DNA of 63,392 nucleotides, from contig CAYNLB010000006.1 in assembly GCA_964397935.1 (NCBI GenBank), positions 1 to 63,392 of the forward strand, written 5' to 3'. The DNA comes from an uncultured Mycobacterium sp. Its GTDB lineage: Bacteria > Actinomycetota > Actinomycetes > Mycobacteriales > Mycobacteriaceae. The position numbers and the translations under genes are program-made. This document shows, one piece after another, positions 28,332 through 37,509 of the stretch (positions within the stretch are counted from its first letter, which is position 1; the number at the start of each line of letters is the position of its first letter). The notes under the pieces are model-generated. The model ran no database searches. It was not told where the DNA came from and saw only the letters and a list, made by a program, of their open reading frames with translations.

Positions 28332-29384
28332 CTATGCGTCCTTTCCCGAGCGGCTTTCGCGTTCGGCAACCAGTTCGCCGATGTACTTGGCACTCGCGCC
28401 GGGGTCTCCACCGGCCAGTGCCCAACCGCGGGCACGCACCAGATATGCCGTCGCTGCCGCCTCCGCCGACACACCGAGACCACCTTGCACATGTACCGCC
28501 ATCGTCGCGGCCTTCGCCGCTTCCTCGGCCATGAACACGAACGCCGAGGGCGCCAACTCCGGGCGCTCGTCGGGCTCGTTGTCCAAGAACCACGCCGCGC
28601 GCCGCGCCAGATTGCGACCACCCTGCACGGTGATCGCGATATTGGCCAGCGGATGAGAGATGCCCTGCAGCGTCGAGATCGGCACGCCGAGCGTGTAGCG
28701 CGTCTTGGCGAACTCCGCCGCGATAGTCATGGTCTCCTCGACTAGACCGACCAACGCCGCAGCGGTCAGTACCCGCCACTCGTCGAGTGCGCGTTGATAT
28801 TCCGCCAGTGCGTCGGATCCACTGGCCAGCACGGTGCGACCGTCGGCGGCCGCCGGATCCACCCACGCCATCGGCAGCCGGCCGATGTTGTCCACCTTCG
28901 TCGGACGGGTGGCAAAGGTCAGTGCCACTACCTCGTCACCATCGCGGACGACGATCTGATCGGCGATCGATCCGGTGGGAATGAGCCGCGCCCCTGCGAC
29001 GCTGTCGTGCTGCGGGTCAAGCCCCGCGAGTCGCTTGCCCTGTACGACATCGGATTCCGCGGTACCGAGCCGGGCCAGCAGCCGCGCCGTGCAGACCTGG
29101 TCGATCCACGGTACCGGCGCCAGCGAGCGTCCGACCTCTTCGGCCACCAGCGTCAAGTCGACGAGCGTCGCCCCATCCCCGCCCGCGGATTCCGGCAGCG
29201 CCATCGTCGTTGCACCCATCGCGCACAACCGCTCCCACAGGTTCTTGTCAAAGCCGGACTCCTCTGCGGCGCGTACGGTTTCGATCGAACAATGTGTTCC
29301 GAAGAAATCGCGGTAAGCGGCCTGCAGCGCCTCATGATCCGCGGTCAGGCTGTAGTCGAGCCTACGTAGTTCGTAACGGTCCAT
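28332..29384 (-). CDS. Acyl-CoA dehydrogenase (short partner subunit)
   Basis: 350 aa; RYTLGVPISTLQGISH, HVQGGLG; abuts the downstream ACAD. Confidence 0.88.
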   Translation of the reverse strand: MDRYELRRLDYSLTADHEALQAAYRDFFGTHCSIETVRAAEESGFDKNLWERLCAMGATTMALPESAGGDGATLVDLTLVAEEVGRSLAPVPWIDQVCTARLLARLGTAESDVVQGKRLAGLDPQHDSVAGARLIPTGSIADQIVVRDGDEVVALTFATRPTKVDNIGRLPMAWVDPAAADGRTVLASGSDALAEYQRALDEWRVLTAAALVGLVEETMTIAAEFAKTRYTLGVPISTLQGISHPLANIAITVQGGRNLARRAAWFLDNEPDERPELAPSAFVFMAEEAAKAATMAVHVQGGLGVSAEAAATAYLVRARGWALAGGDPGASAKYIGELVAERESRSGKDA

Positions 29385-29386
29385 GC

Positions 29387-30217
29387 TCAGCGCTCCTTTT
29401 GGCCACCGAAGAAAAATTCATCCGCGTTGTTGTACAGGTAATTTTCGAGCACGTCGGCGGGCAGATCCAGCGCAACGGCCTCGGGTACGACGCGACGCAT
29501 TTTCAGCACCGGCCAGTCGGAAGCGAAGATCACCTTGTTGGGCCCGCGGGTCCGCATGTAGTGCAGCAGGCTTTCCGGCAGTCGTTTGGGCGACCACGCC
29601 GACGTCATCAGGCGCAGGTTGGCGTACTTGATCAACAACCGAATCGCGATGTCCCACCATGGGTCCGCGCCGTGAATCATGCAGAGCTTCAGCTCGGGAA
29701 ATCGCACGCAGACCCGGTCGAGGTGGATCGGGTTCTGCACCTCCCCGGGAATGGGGGGTCCGGGAAGACCGGTGTTGATACACAGCGGCAGCTCAAGCTC
29801 GGCGCACTTGGTGTACAGCGGGTAGTAGACCGCGTCGCTGGGCGGGTACTGGCCATCACCCCAGAAGCTCGGTCCCACTGCCGCATACGCGACAGGGAGG
29901 TGGTTGACGATGGCGCCGAGTTCCCGCAGCGACGGCATCGGCCGTAACAGATCCACGCCACCGATCGCCAGGGCGAAACGCTCCGGCTTCTCCTCAACGA
30001 ATTTGCGCGCCGTCACCGATGGCTTGGCGAGGTTGTCCATCAGGATGGCCTTCCGCACACCCTCGGCGTCCATCTCGTCCAGCAACTCCGACAATTGGAC
30101 CGGGGCGAACATCGACTCGGGACCTTTGAAATAGTCGTCACGCACCTTCAGCATCCACGTCGGTTGCTTCTCGGTCTCGCCGAAGTGCACGTTGACCAGG
30201 CAATCGATCGCTTTCAT
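29387..30217 (-). CDS. Amidohydrolase family protein
   Basis: YYPLY.KC.EL.LP, FPELK..MIHG..PW, VIFASDWP; ATGA overlap defines the start. Confidence 0.88.
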   Translation of the reverse strand: MKAIDCLVNVHFGETEKQPTWMLKVRDDYFKGPESMFAPVQLSELLDEMDAEGVRKAILMDNLAKPSVTARKFVEEKPERFALAIGGVDLLRPMPSLRELGAIVNHLPVAYAAVGPSFWGDGQYPPSDAVYYPLYTKCAELELPLCINTGLPGPPIPGEVQNPIHLDRVCVRFPELKLCMIHGADPWWDIAIRLLIKYANLRLMTSAWSPKRLPESLLHYMRTRGPNKVIFASDWPVLKMRRVVPEAVALDLPADVLENYLYNNADEFFFGGQKER

Positions 30218-31839
30218 GTCGACATCGGCGCCTTCTCTGTAGCTTGGCTTTTCGCCCAACGGTAATCGGCTTTGCCGTTGCCGAGCCGATGGACGTGCTC
30301 GACGAAGAGGAATTCCTTGGGCGCCTTGAACCGTGCCAATTGCGACGTGCAATGCGTGTGCAACGCCTCGGCCGCGGCATGGGCTTCGTCATGAAGTTCG
30401 ATGAGGGCGACGAGTTCTTCACCCCAGCGCTCGCTCGGGCGTCCGACGACCAGCGCGTCGGCGATCGCCGGGTGGGCGCGCAGTACCTCTTCGACCTCCT
30501 CGACGAAGACCTTCTCGCCGCCGGTGTTGACCACCAACGAGTCGCGGCCGAACAGCCGCAATGTTCCGTCCTGCTCCAGTGTGGCGCGGTCGCCCGATAT
30601 CACCACCCGCTTGCCCTCGATCTCGGGGAAGGTCTTGCGCGTCGAGTCGGGATCGTTGAAATATCCAAGCGGGATTCGTCCTTCCCTGGCTACCCAGCCC
30701 ACTTCACGATCGCCGGGCGACAGGAAGTGGCTGTAGTCCTCGGAGAGAACCAGTCCGCCCTCGCGCAGCAGGAACGTGTCGGTGCGGGTGTCGCGTCGGC
30801 TGTGGCCGAATCCCATGTTTCCGGTTTCCGACGACCCGTAGCCGTTGATAAGGGTGATCTGGGGCAGCAATTCCAGCAGGGCTCGTTGATATTTCGGGTT
30901 GGTTGCAGCACCGCCGGTACCGATCGCATACAGCGAGGACAGGTCGTAGGAGCCTCGTCGCAACTCGGCGACCAGCGGCGCCGCATAGGCGTCGCCGACC
31001 ATCGTCATCAGGCCGACCTTCTCGCGTTGCGCCGTCTCCCATACCGATTGCGGATCGAGTTTCTTGCCGGTGTCATAAAGCACCACGGTGGTGCCGGCCA
31101 TGATCGCAGAGAATGCCGTCCACATGCCGGCCGCGTGCATCAGCGGCGAGACGGCAAACCATGGCGCCCCTTCGTTGGAAACCACCTTGTCGCGGATCTC
31201 CTGGGCACAGGCGTGGTCCGCGCCCACCATCGACGACACGTAGATGTCGGACTGTCGCCACAGCACGCCCTTGGGCCTGCCGGTGGTGCCGCCGGTACAG
31301 ATCATCAGCAGGTCATCCGGCGATGCCGTCACGTTTCGGTCGGTATCTCCCTGCCCCAGCGCATCATCCAGCGTCACCGCGCCGGGCAGTTCCGGGGCCG
31401 CGCTCGCGTCGTCGACCGATACCAGCACGTCGACGCCGTCACGCACCAAAACCTCGGCGAACTTTGCGCCCAGCGCGCGGTGGTAGATGATCGCCCGGGG
31501 CTGCAGGTAGTCGAGGAGCTCGCCGACCTCACGTGGCGTGTAGTGGTAGTTGATGTTGACCGGGACGGTGCGCGCCTTGAGGCAGCCGATGACCATGTCG
31601 GGGTACAGGTCGTTGTGCATGACCAGCGCAACGCGGTCTTGCCCGCACTCCCAGTTCTGCAGGACCGCTCGTTCTCGGTGCGCCCCTAAACCCTTGCCGG
31701 CCAGGAAGTTCGCAAGCCGGCGGGTACGATCCGCCGACTCTCCGAAGGTGCTCCGCCGGTTGCCGCACACCGTCATCGTCCGGTCGGGAATCGCGTCTGC
31801 GATGACGTCGAGAACCGCGCCTATGGTCCATTCGCTCAT
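30214..31839 (-). CDS. Acyl-CoA synthetase (FadD19-like; paralog of 21155-22819)
   Basis: TGGTTGRPKG, YGSSETG, NTGGEKVFVEEVE, NGKADY; real start MSEWTIG at 31839. Confidence 0.92.
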   Translation of the reverse strand: MSEWTIGAVLDVIADAIPDRTMTVCGNRRSTFGESADRTRRLANFLAGKGLGAHRERAVLQNWECGQDRVALVMHNDLYPDMVIGCLKARTVPVNINYHYTPREVGELLDYLQPRAIIYHRALGAKFAEVLVRDGVDVLVSVDDASAAPELPGAVTLDDALGQGDTDRNVTASPDDLLMICTGGTTGRPKGVLWRQSDIYVSSMVGADHACAQEIRDKVVSNEGAPWFAVSPLMHAAGMWTAFSAIMAGTTVVLYDTGKKLDPQSVWETAQREKVGLMTMVGDAYAAPLVAELRRGSYDLSSLYAIGTGGAATNPKYQRALLELLPQITLINGYGSSETGNMGFGHSRRDTRTDTFLLREGGLVLSEDYSHFLSPGDREVGWVAREGRIPLGYFNDPDSTRKTFPEIEGKRVVISGDRATLEQDGTLRLFGRDSLVVNTGGEKVFVEEVEEVLRAHPAIADALVVGRPSERWGEELVALIELHDEAHAAAEALHTHCTSQLARFKAPKEFLFVEHVHRLGNGKADYRWAKSQATEKAPMST

Positions 31840-31850
31840 GGCGTCAGCCG

Positions 31851-33053
31851 CTACGCAGCCGATCCGACTTGGACACCAAGGAGGTTGAGAGCGTTGTCGC
31901 GCATTACTTTTCGAATATCGGAATCGCTGAAGCCGCTGAGCTCTTCGGTGAACGAGACCGGCGACTCGAGGCCTTCGCCGTGCGGCCAGTCGGAGCCGAA
32001 CAGGATCTTGTCGATGCCGATGAGTTCGGCCAGCTCCGGCAGATCGTCCTCGTAGTAGGGGGCGACCCACACGTTGTTGCGCAACTGTTCCACCGGATCC
32101 TCGGGGAAGTGCCGCGGATAGTTGTTGGCCGCCTTCTTCAGCCGTTTGATCAGCCGGTGGACGAAGTACGAGCCGTTTTCGATGCTGACCGCCCGGAGCT
32201 TGGGGTGGCGGGTGAACACGCCGTGCACGATCATCGAGGCCATCGTGTCGTGGATGGCGCGGTCGTCGAGGAGCACCGTATCCAGTGGGTCCTTTTCGCC
32301 GAATCCCTCGAAGGTCGCCTTGCCTCCCCACTGCGCCGCGATGTGCAGATAGCCACTGTCGCTGAGGTGGAAGCCCACCGGCACCCCCGCCTCGGCCAAC
32401 CGGGCCCACACCGGGTCGTGACCGGGATCGCCCAGCGACCTCGGTTTCACCACCCCGGGCACCGGCGCCGGCCGCACCAGCACCAGCTTGGCGCCGCGGG
32501 CCAACACGAACTCGACCTCTTCGAGCGCCTTGGCCGGATCGGCCAGCGAGATGATCGGCGCGGCGATGATTCGGTGATCGGGTCGGTCGAAACCCCAATC
32601 CTCGTCGAGCCACAGGTTGAATGCGTGCACCGACGCCATCGTCGCCTCGATGTCGTGCTTGAGTGCCTCCTCGACGCCGCATGCGAAAGTCGGCAGCATG
32701 AACACCGTCTCGATGTCCTGGGTGTCCATCACGGCAACCCGCGCATCGCGGTTCTGATACTCGGGGTGGTCGGCCAGCCGCTCGACCTTCATCAGCGAGG
32801 CCGGATCGACACCTTCGGGAATCTCGCCGCGGAACAACAAGTCGAGGCAGCCCGGCACGATGATCGGGTCGAAGGTGGGGTTGGGGATGAAGTGGTTGAC
32901 GCGGTCCCCGATCACGGCCCAGGTGCGCTTGCCGTCGCTGAGCATCTGCACGCCGCGGCGCTTGAACTTCTTGTCGAGGTGGCGGGTAAGGGCGTCCAGC
33001 GGCTCGTAGTAGTGGTTGTCGACGTCAATCGCCTTGTAACCCAAGTTGGCCAT
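31851..33053 (-). CDS. Amidohydrolase family protein
   Basis: IDVDNHYYE, GFH, GVFTRHPKL..SIENG, LFGSDWPHGEG. Confidence 0.9.
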   Translation of the reverse strand: MANLGYKAIDVDNHYYEPLDALTRHLDKKFKRRGVQMLSDGKRTWAVIGDRVNHFIPNPTFDPIIVPGCLDLLFRGEIPEGVDPASLMKVERLADHPEYQNRDARVAVMDTQDIETVFMLPTFACGVEEALKHDIEATMASVHAFNLWLDEDWGFDRPDHRIIAAPIISLADPAKALEEVEFVLARGAKLVLVRPAPVPGVVKPRSLGDPGHDPVWARLAEAGVPVGFHLSDSGYLHIAAQWGGKATFEGFGEKDPLDTVLLDDRAIHDTMASMIVHGVFTRHPKLRAVSIENGSYFVHRLIKRLKKAANNYPRHFPEDPVEQLRNNVWVAPYYEDDLPELAELIGIDKILFGSDWPHGEGLESPVSFTEELSGFSDSDIRKVMRDNALNLLGVQVGSAA

Positions 33054-33083
33054 GATCATCCTTTCCGGTATTACCGGCGAACA

Positions 33084-33926
33084 TTAAGCGTCGGTCGAAT
33101 TGAGCGAGGGGAATTGGGGCGGCCGCTTCTCGAGGAAGCTCGTGATGCCCTCGATGACGTCCGGCCGGGGCATCGCCTCGTGCAGCAGTACCTCGGCACG
33201 CGAGGTGGCGTCCACGACATCCCGCGTGGCGTCGCCGTAGACCTGCCGTTTGATCACCGCCATGGAAACCGGCGAACAGTTTGCGGCGATGTCCTCCGCG
33301 TAGTCCAGGGCACGCGTCATCAGATTCTCGGGCGCCACGACTTCCTTGACGAGGCCGAGTTCGGCGGCCTCCTCGGCCAGAAAGGTGCGGCCGCTCAGCA
33401 ACAGGTCGAGGGCGACTGCCCAGGTGGTCAGGCGCGGCAGTATCCACGAGATGCCGAACTCGGCGATCAGTCCGCGGCGCGCGAACACCGCGGCGAACTT
33501 GGCGCCCGCGGCGGCGAACCGGACATCGCACATCAGCGCCTGGGTGAGACCGATGCCGACACAGGGACCGTTGATGGCCGCGACGACGGGTTTACGCAGC
33601 GTCGTCACAAAGTGCGGAGGACGTTCGCCGACCAGGTCGGCCAGATTCGTCTCGCTCGCCTTCTCCATCGTCTCGCCGTAGGTGGCCGCCGAACTCGGCG
33701 CACCCAGATACGCTCCGGCGCAGAATCCCCTGCCCCGGCCGGTCAGCACGATGACCCGGATCGCGGGATCCTGTTCGGCACGGTCGATCGCGGCGTAGAG
33801 GCCGGCAGCGATGTCCGGGCCCCAGGCGTTGAGGCGCTCCGGGCGATTGAACGTCAGGATTGCGACGCCGCTCCCGGTGGCCTCATAGAGCACCGCGTCC
33901 TCGGAAGCACCGTCGCCGCCGGACAT
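33084..33926 (-). CDS. Enoyl-CoA hydratase/isomerase
   Basis: NRPERLNA, FCAGA, AINGPCVGIG, GLIAEFG. Confidence 0.92.
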   Translation of the reverse strand: MSGGDGASEDAVLYEATGSGVAILTFNRPERLNAWGPDIAAGLYAAIDRAEQDPAIRVIVLTGRGRGFCAGAYLGAPSSAATYGETMEKASETNLADLVGERPPHFVTTLRKPVVAAINGPCVGIGLTQALMCDVRFAAAGAKFAAVFARRGLIAEFGISWILPRLTTWAVALDLLLSGRTFLAEEAAELGLVKEVVAPENLMTRALDYAEDIAANCSPVSMAVIKRQVYGDATRDVVDATSRAEVLLHEAMPRPDVIEGITSFLEKRPPQFPSLNSTDA

Positions 33927-33981
33927 CTCCCCCGGCACCTCCTCATGATTTCCTACCGAATCCAGCGATACTTTGTACGCA

Positions 33982-34000
33982 TACTGTATACCTATCGGTA
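33982..34000. promoter_or_regulatory. Putative 19-bp cluster operator, copy 5 (TACTGTAT-ACC-TATCGGTA)
   Basis: Halves match 7/8 and 5/8; lies upstream of the six-gene minus-strand operon. Confidence 0.6.
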
Positions 34001-34196
34001 CTGCATTCCACAACTGCCGCCGCGCCCTCGCGAACGGCGGCCGAACAGCGGATTTAGCCTTACCGAACGCGAACTCTCGCCTCCCCGTCGCCGCCGATCC
34101 GACGCTGGTCGCACAGTCCGCTCACGCACCACCGCGGCGGACCCGGCCGGTGCGGCCCAGCAAACCAACGGTGTGGCGTGTGACACGTCCGAAACA

Positions 34197-34224
34197 GGTT
34201 TCCGCGGGGCGCGAGACCGGGAAA
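34197..34224 (+). promoter_or_regulatory. SigF-like promoter
   Basis: GGTTT-N17-GGGAAA, one mismatch to the GGGTA -10, 37 nt before a CsbD-like gene. Confidence 0.4.
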
Positions 34225-34261
34225 CCGTGCCAACAGGACCAACGAGCAGGAGGGAGGCGCA

Positions 34262-34498
34262 ATGGCTGACAACCAGAGTGGCTTGGCCGACGCTGTCAAG
34301 GGCGTCGTCGAAGACGTGAAGGGCAGGATCAAGGTAATCATCGGCGCTGTGATAGGCCGCAACGACCTGGTCGATGAGGGCCGTGCTCAGCAGGACAAGG
34401 CGGAAGCAGAGCGCAACGCCGCGAAAAAGGAAGCAGCCGCGGCGAAAGCACGCGGTAAGGCCAAGGTGCAGGAGGACCGCCAGAAGGCCGAACAGTAG
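34262..34498 (+). CDS. mbp1: CsbD-like small protein (microaggregate-binding protein 1 type)
   Basis: KGVVEDVKG..K..G...GRNDL..EG.AQQDKAEA.R.AAKKEA pattern; strong GGAGG RBS. Confidence 0.82.
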   Translation: MADNQSGLADAVKGVVEDVKGRIKVIIGAVIGRNDLVDEGRAQQDKAEAERNAAKKEAAAAKARGKAKVQEDRQKAEQ

Positions 34499-34514
34499 GC
34501 GTACCCCGGCACCC

Positions 34515-34548
34515 GAAGGCCCGGCCACACCTTGGTGGCCGGGCCTTC
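34515..34548. terminator. Stem-loop terminator between convergent genes
   Basis: GAAGGCCCGGCCAC / GTGGCCGGGCCTTC perfect 14-bp stem with a 6-nt loop. Confidence 0.8.
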
Positions 34549-34573
34549 TGACGTGCGGGGCTGACGTGCGGGG
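34548..34573. repeat. 13-bp tandem duplication
   Basis: CTGACGTGCGGGG x2. Confidence 0.8.
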
Positions 34574-34579
34574 CGGTAA

Positions 34580-35587
34580 CTAGGCTTCGAGGAGCCCGAG
34601 GCGCCGATAGGCTTCCTCGATCTGGGTCTTGGCTTCGGACGGCAACTGCGCTTGCGGGGGGCGGGAGTGCGGATATGCACCTATCGGCAGGCCCAGGAGC
34701 GATGCGGCGTACTTGAACGCACCGCCCCAATGGGTGAAGTAATCCGGTCGTCCCGGATAGCACGTCCACCACGATCCGACATCGATGTCGAATTGGTCCA
34801 GACCGGAATCCCGTCCGTAGTCCATGGCTTCCACGAGCTTGTCGTTGCACACGAGATCCCAATACTCGGAAAACAAACGCCGCTGCGGGGTTTCGAAAAG
34901 GTAACCGGCCGTGCCCAGTTGCGCCGGACAGACGATCCCGTCGCGTAGCCACCCGGCGCGGTACACCGTCTTGTCGCATTCCCAGACGACGAGACCGGGC
35001 GCCAACTGGTGCAGCAGCCGGCTGTTGGCCGGCCGGAAGGCGCCCTCCTTCGTGGCGCACACCGCGGGCACCTCGTCGTAGATTCGTGCGCTTTCGGCCG
35101 CGGTCAACACATAGCCGGAGGACGGGGAATTGAACATCCCCAGGGCGATATCGGTGCGGGAGGCGACGTATTTGAAGAATCGCAGTACACCCTCGCCGCC
35201 GTGCGCTTCCATCATCGGAGTTTGGATGTAGGCGATGTCGGCGCCCACCTCCTGGGCATGCAGCGTCAAGTCCACACAGTCCTTCGCCGACATGGCAGCC
35301 GTACAGGCTTGCACGACAACGTTGGGATTGGCGCTACGCGCCTCCTCAATTGCCACTTCCAGTAAGCGCTTTCGCTCATCGAGGGTCAATGACCAGAACT
35401 CCGCCAGTCCGCTGGTGCACCACAGCATCGGGTGTCCCAGATCGCTCACGCAGTAACGCACCAGCGTCCGGTAGGCGTCCCAATCGATGTCGTCACCGTC
35501 GAGGCCGCAGAACGGGGTATAGAGGGAATCGCCGATCCCCCGAAGTGCGCCAGGCGCCCAGGAACGTGCTTCGCCAGCCGTCGCCAC
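34580..35587 (-). CDS. DHDPS/class I aldolase family protein (not canonical DapA)
   Basis: TPF...DIDW, EFWSLTLDERKRL, Schiff-base Lys in ATKEG, RPP near the C-terminus. Confidence 0.85.
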   Translation of the reverse strand: MATAGEARSWAPGALRGIGDSLYTPFCGLDGDDIDWDAYRTLVRYCVSDLGHPMLWCTSGLAEFWSLTLDERKRLLEVAIEEARSANPNVVVQACTAAMSAKDCVDLTLHAQEVGADIAYIQTPMMEAHGGEGVLRFFKYVASRTDIALGMFNSPSSGYVLTAAESARIYDEVPAVCATKEGAFRPANSRLLHQLAPGLVVWECDKTVYRAGWLRDGIVCPAQLGTAGYLFETPQRRLFSEYWDLVCNDKLVEAMDYGRDSGLDQFDIDVGSWWTCYPGRPDYFTHWGGAFKYAASLLGLPIGAYPHSRPPQAQLPSEAKTQIEEAYRRLGLLEA

Positions 35588-35630
35588 GGTCTACTCCTCC
35601 TGTCAGACAAGCACTTTCTTCGGAACCGGG

Positions 35631-36428
35631 TCAGATGAAGTCCGAACCGCCGTCCACGTTGATGTTGGCCCCGGTCATGTAAGAGTTGCGCCGCGAGGCG
35701 AGAAACGCGGCGACCGGCCCGATCTCCTCCGGCAGGCCGGCCCGTGGCATGTGCGCCGGATGGCCGAAATGCTCTGCGATGGCTTCCATCAGGGCATAGG
35801 GGTCACCACCGTCGACGCCGACCGACTTGGCCCAACCGACCAGCGACTCGGAAGCGATACTGCCCGGCGACACCACGTTGACCAAGATCTCGTCCTTGGC
35901 CAACAGCAGGGACAGGTTCTTCGAAACGCTCGTCAGCATCGACTTTGCTGCCGTGTACGCGGGCAGCATGACACTTTGCCGTTGCGTGGAGTGGGCCGAA
36001 AAGTTGACCACCCGCGCCCATTGCGCCTTGCGCAGCAGTGGAAGTGCCGAACGGACGCAACGCACCATCCCCAGCACGCCGTCTTCGACGGATTGCCGCC
36101 ACTGTTCATCGGTCAGATCTTCGAAGCTGCCCGCCGCTCCCGGACCGACCGTATTGATGAGTACGTTGAGTTCGTCGTTCCACCGCTGTCCAAGGTCGGC
36201 GAACATCGCGTCGACCTGTCCGGCGTCACCGATGTCGGCAACGATCGCGAGCGCGTCGGGGCTACCGCGATTCGTCAAGTCCGTCACCGCGCTGTCGACA
36301 GCGGCGCGGGTGCGGCCCACCACCGCCACCCGGGCACCTTCGTCGGCAAGACATCGGGCGGTCGCCAGGCCCATGCCCCGGCTTCCGCCGACCACCACCG
36401 CCGTCGCATTCGCCAGGCCTAGATCCAT
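35631..36428 (-). CDS. SDR oxidoreductase
   Basis: GGSRGMG, YTAAK, VNVVSPG, NVDGG. Confidence 0.92.
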   Translation of the reverse strand: MDLGLANATAVVVGGSRGMGLATARCLADEGARVAVVGRTRAAVDSAVTDLTNRGSPDALAIVADIGDAGQVDAMFADLGQRWNDELNVLINTVGPGAAGSFEDLTDEQWRQSVEDGVLGMVRCVRSALPLLRKAQWARVVNFSAHSTQRQSVMLPAYTAAKSMLTSVSKNLSLLLAKDEILVNVVSPGSIASESLVGWAKSVGVDGGDPYALMEAIAEHFGHPAHMPRAGLPEEIGPVAAFLASRRNSYMTGANINVDGGSDFI

Positions 36429-36514
36429 GGCGCTATCCGTGGCTTGTCCGGCGACGCATGCAATGGCTTGTGCCCGGTCATCTTCGCCCGTCCAGCCTTA
36501 TTTACCAAAAAGCC

Positions 36515-36533
36515 TACGATAGGTATTACAGTA
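36515..36533. promoter_or_regulatory. Putative 19-bp cluster operator, copy 6 (TACGATAG-GTA-TTACAGTA), in the TetR's own divergent promoter
   Basis: Halves match 5/8 and 8/8; a third TAC in 12-bp phase sits at 36503. Confidence 0.7.
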
Positions 36534-36694
36534 GCAGATGGGCAAGGGCACGAAAGCCAGGTCAACGGTCACAGCCAAACGGCGACACGCTTGCGTATGC
36601 GCAGGTGGGAAAGGATCTGCCGGTAGATTCGTGTCGGTCGGTGAGACGGCCCCAGACCACACGCACACGATACATCTTGATGGAGGTGCCCGTA

Positions 36695-37492
36695 GTGGCA
36701 AAACAGGCAACCGCTGACAAGCGTCAACGACGTGAGCGCGGGTCCATCAATCCCGACGACATCATCAGCGGCGCATTCGAACTCGCAGAGCAAGTATCGA
36801 TAGACAACCTGAGCATGCCGCTACTTGGCAAGCACCTCGGCGTCGGCGTCACCAGCATCTACTGGTACTTCCGCAAGAAGGACGATCTCCTCAACGCGAT
36901 GACCGACCGCGCTTTGCGCAAGTACGTGTTCGCCACTCCTTACGTCGAAGCCAGCGACTGGCGTGAGACATTGCGCAATCATGCGCGCCTGATGCGTAAG
37001 ACGTTCATGGGCAACCCAATTCTGTGTGATCTGATATTGATTCGGGCCGCTCTCAGTCCCCGGGCGGCACGACTGGGCGCTCAGGAGATGGAGAAGGCGA
37101 TCGCCAACCTGGTCGAAGCCGGCCTCTCCCCGGAAGATGCCTTCGATACCTACTCGGCGGTTTCGGTTCACGTCCGCGGGTCAGTGGTATTGCAGCGACT
37201 CTACGAAAAGAACCAATCATCGGATGTGGGACCGCGCGCCATCGAGGACGCCGTCACGATCGATCCCGAAAAGACTCCGCTCCTTGCTCAGGTAACCCGG
37301 ATAGGTCACCGGATCGGGGCCCCCGACGAAACCAATTTCGAGTACGGCCTCAACTGCATCCTCGATTACGCCAGCCGGTTGATCGACGAGGGCAAGGGAT
37401 CGAAAGGTAACAAGACGGGGTCGTCGCGGCAACGCAAGGCGGCCAAGTCGACTGTGCAGCGCGAGCGAACCAGGGCGACCGCCACGCGGTAG
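36695..37492 (+). CDS. TetR-family regulator, Rv1353c-like
   Basis: HTH LSMPLLGKHLGVGVTSIYWYF and TetR_C-type NFEYGLNCILD, closely matching recalled Rv1353c; GGAGGT RBS before GTG. Confidence 0.9.
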   Translation: MAKQATADKRQRRERGSINPDDIISGAFELAEQVSIDNLSMPLLGKHLGVGVTSIYWYFRKKDDLLNAMTDRALRKYVFATPYVEASDWRETLRNHARLMRKTFMGNPILCDLILIRAALSPRAARLGAQEMEKAIANLVEAGLSPEDAFDTYSAVSVHVRGSVVLQRLYEKNQSSDVGPRAIEDAVTIDPEKTPLLAQVTRIGHRIGAPDETNFEYGLNCILDYASRLIDEGKGSKGNKTGSSRQRKAAKSTVQRERTRATATR

Positions 37493-37509
37493 CTTACGGA
37501 ATCAATCGA

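Noticed and set aside
30214-32682. Long N-terminal extensions of the acyl-CoA synthetase (822 aa), and likewise 10323-12044, 6555-7994, 18500-19615 and 48673-50301
   Set aside because: They overlap neighbouring genes in other frames; stop/start overlaps or motif boundaries define shorter true starts. They are not fusions.
31869-34319. 816-aa plus-strand ORF, and similar long antisense ORFs such as 12620-13975, 21620-23020 and 24550-26169
   Set aside because: These are antisense shadows of well-supported genes in high-GC DNA, with no recognisable motifs.
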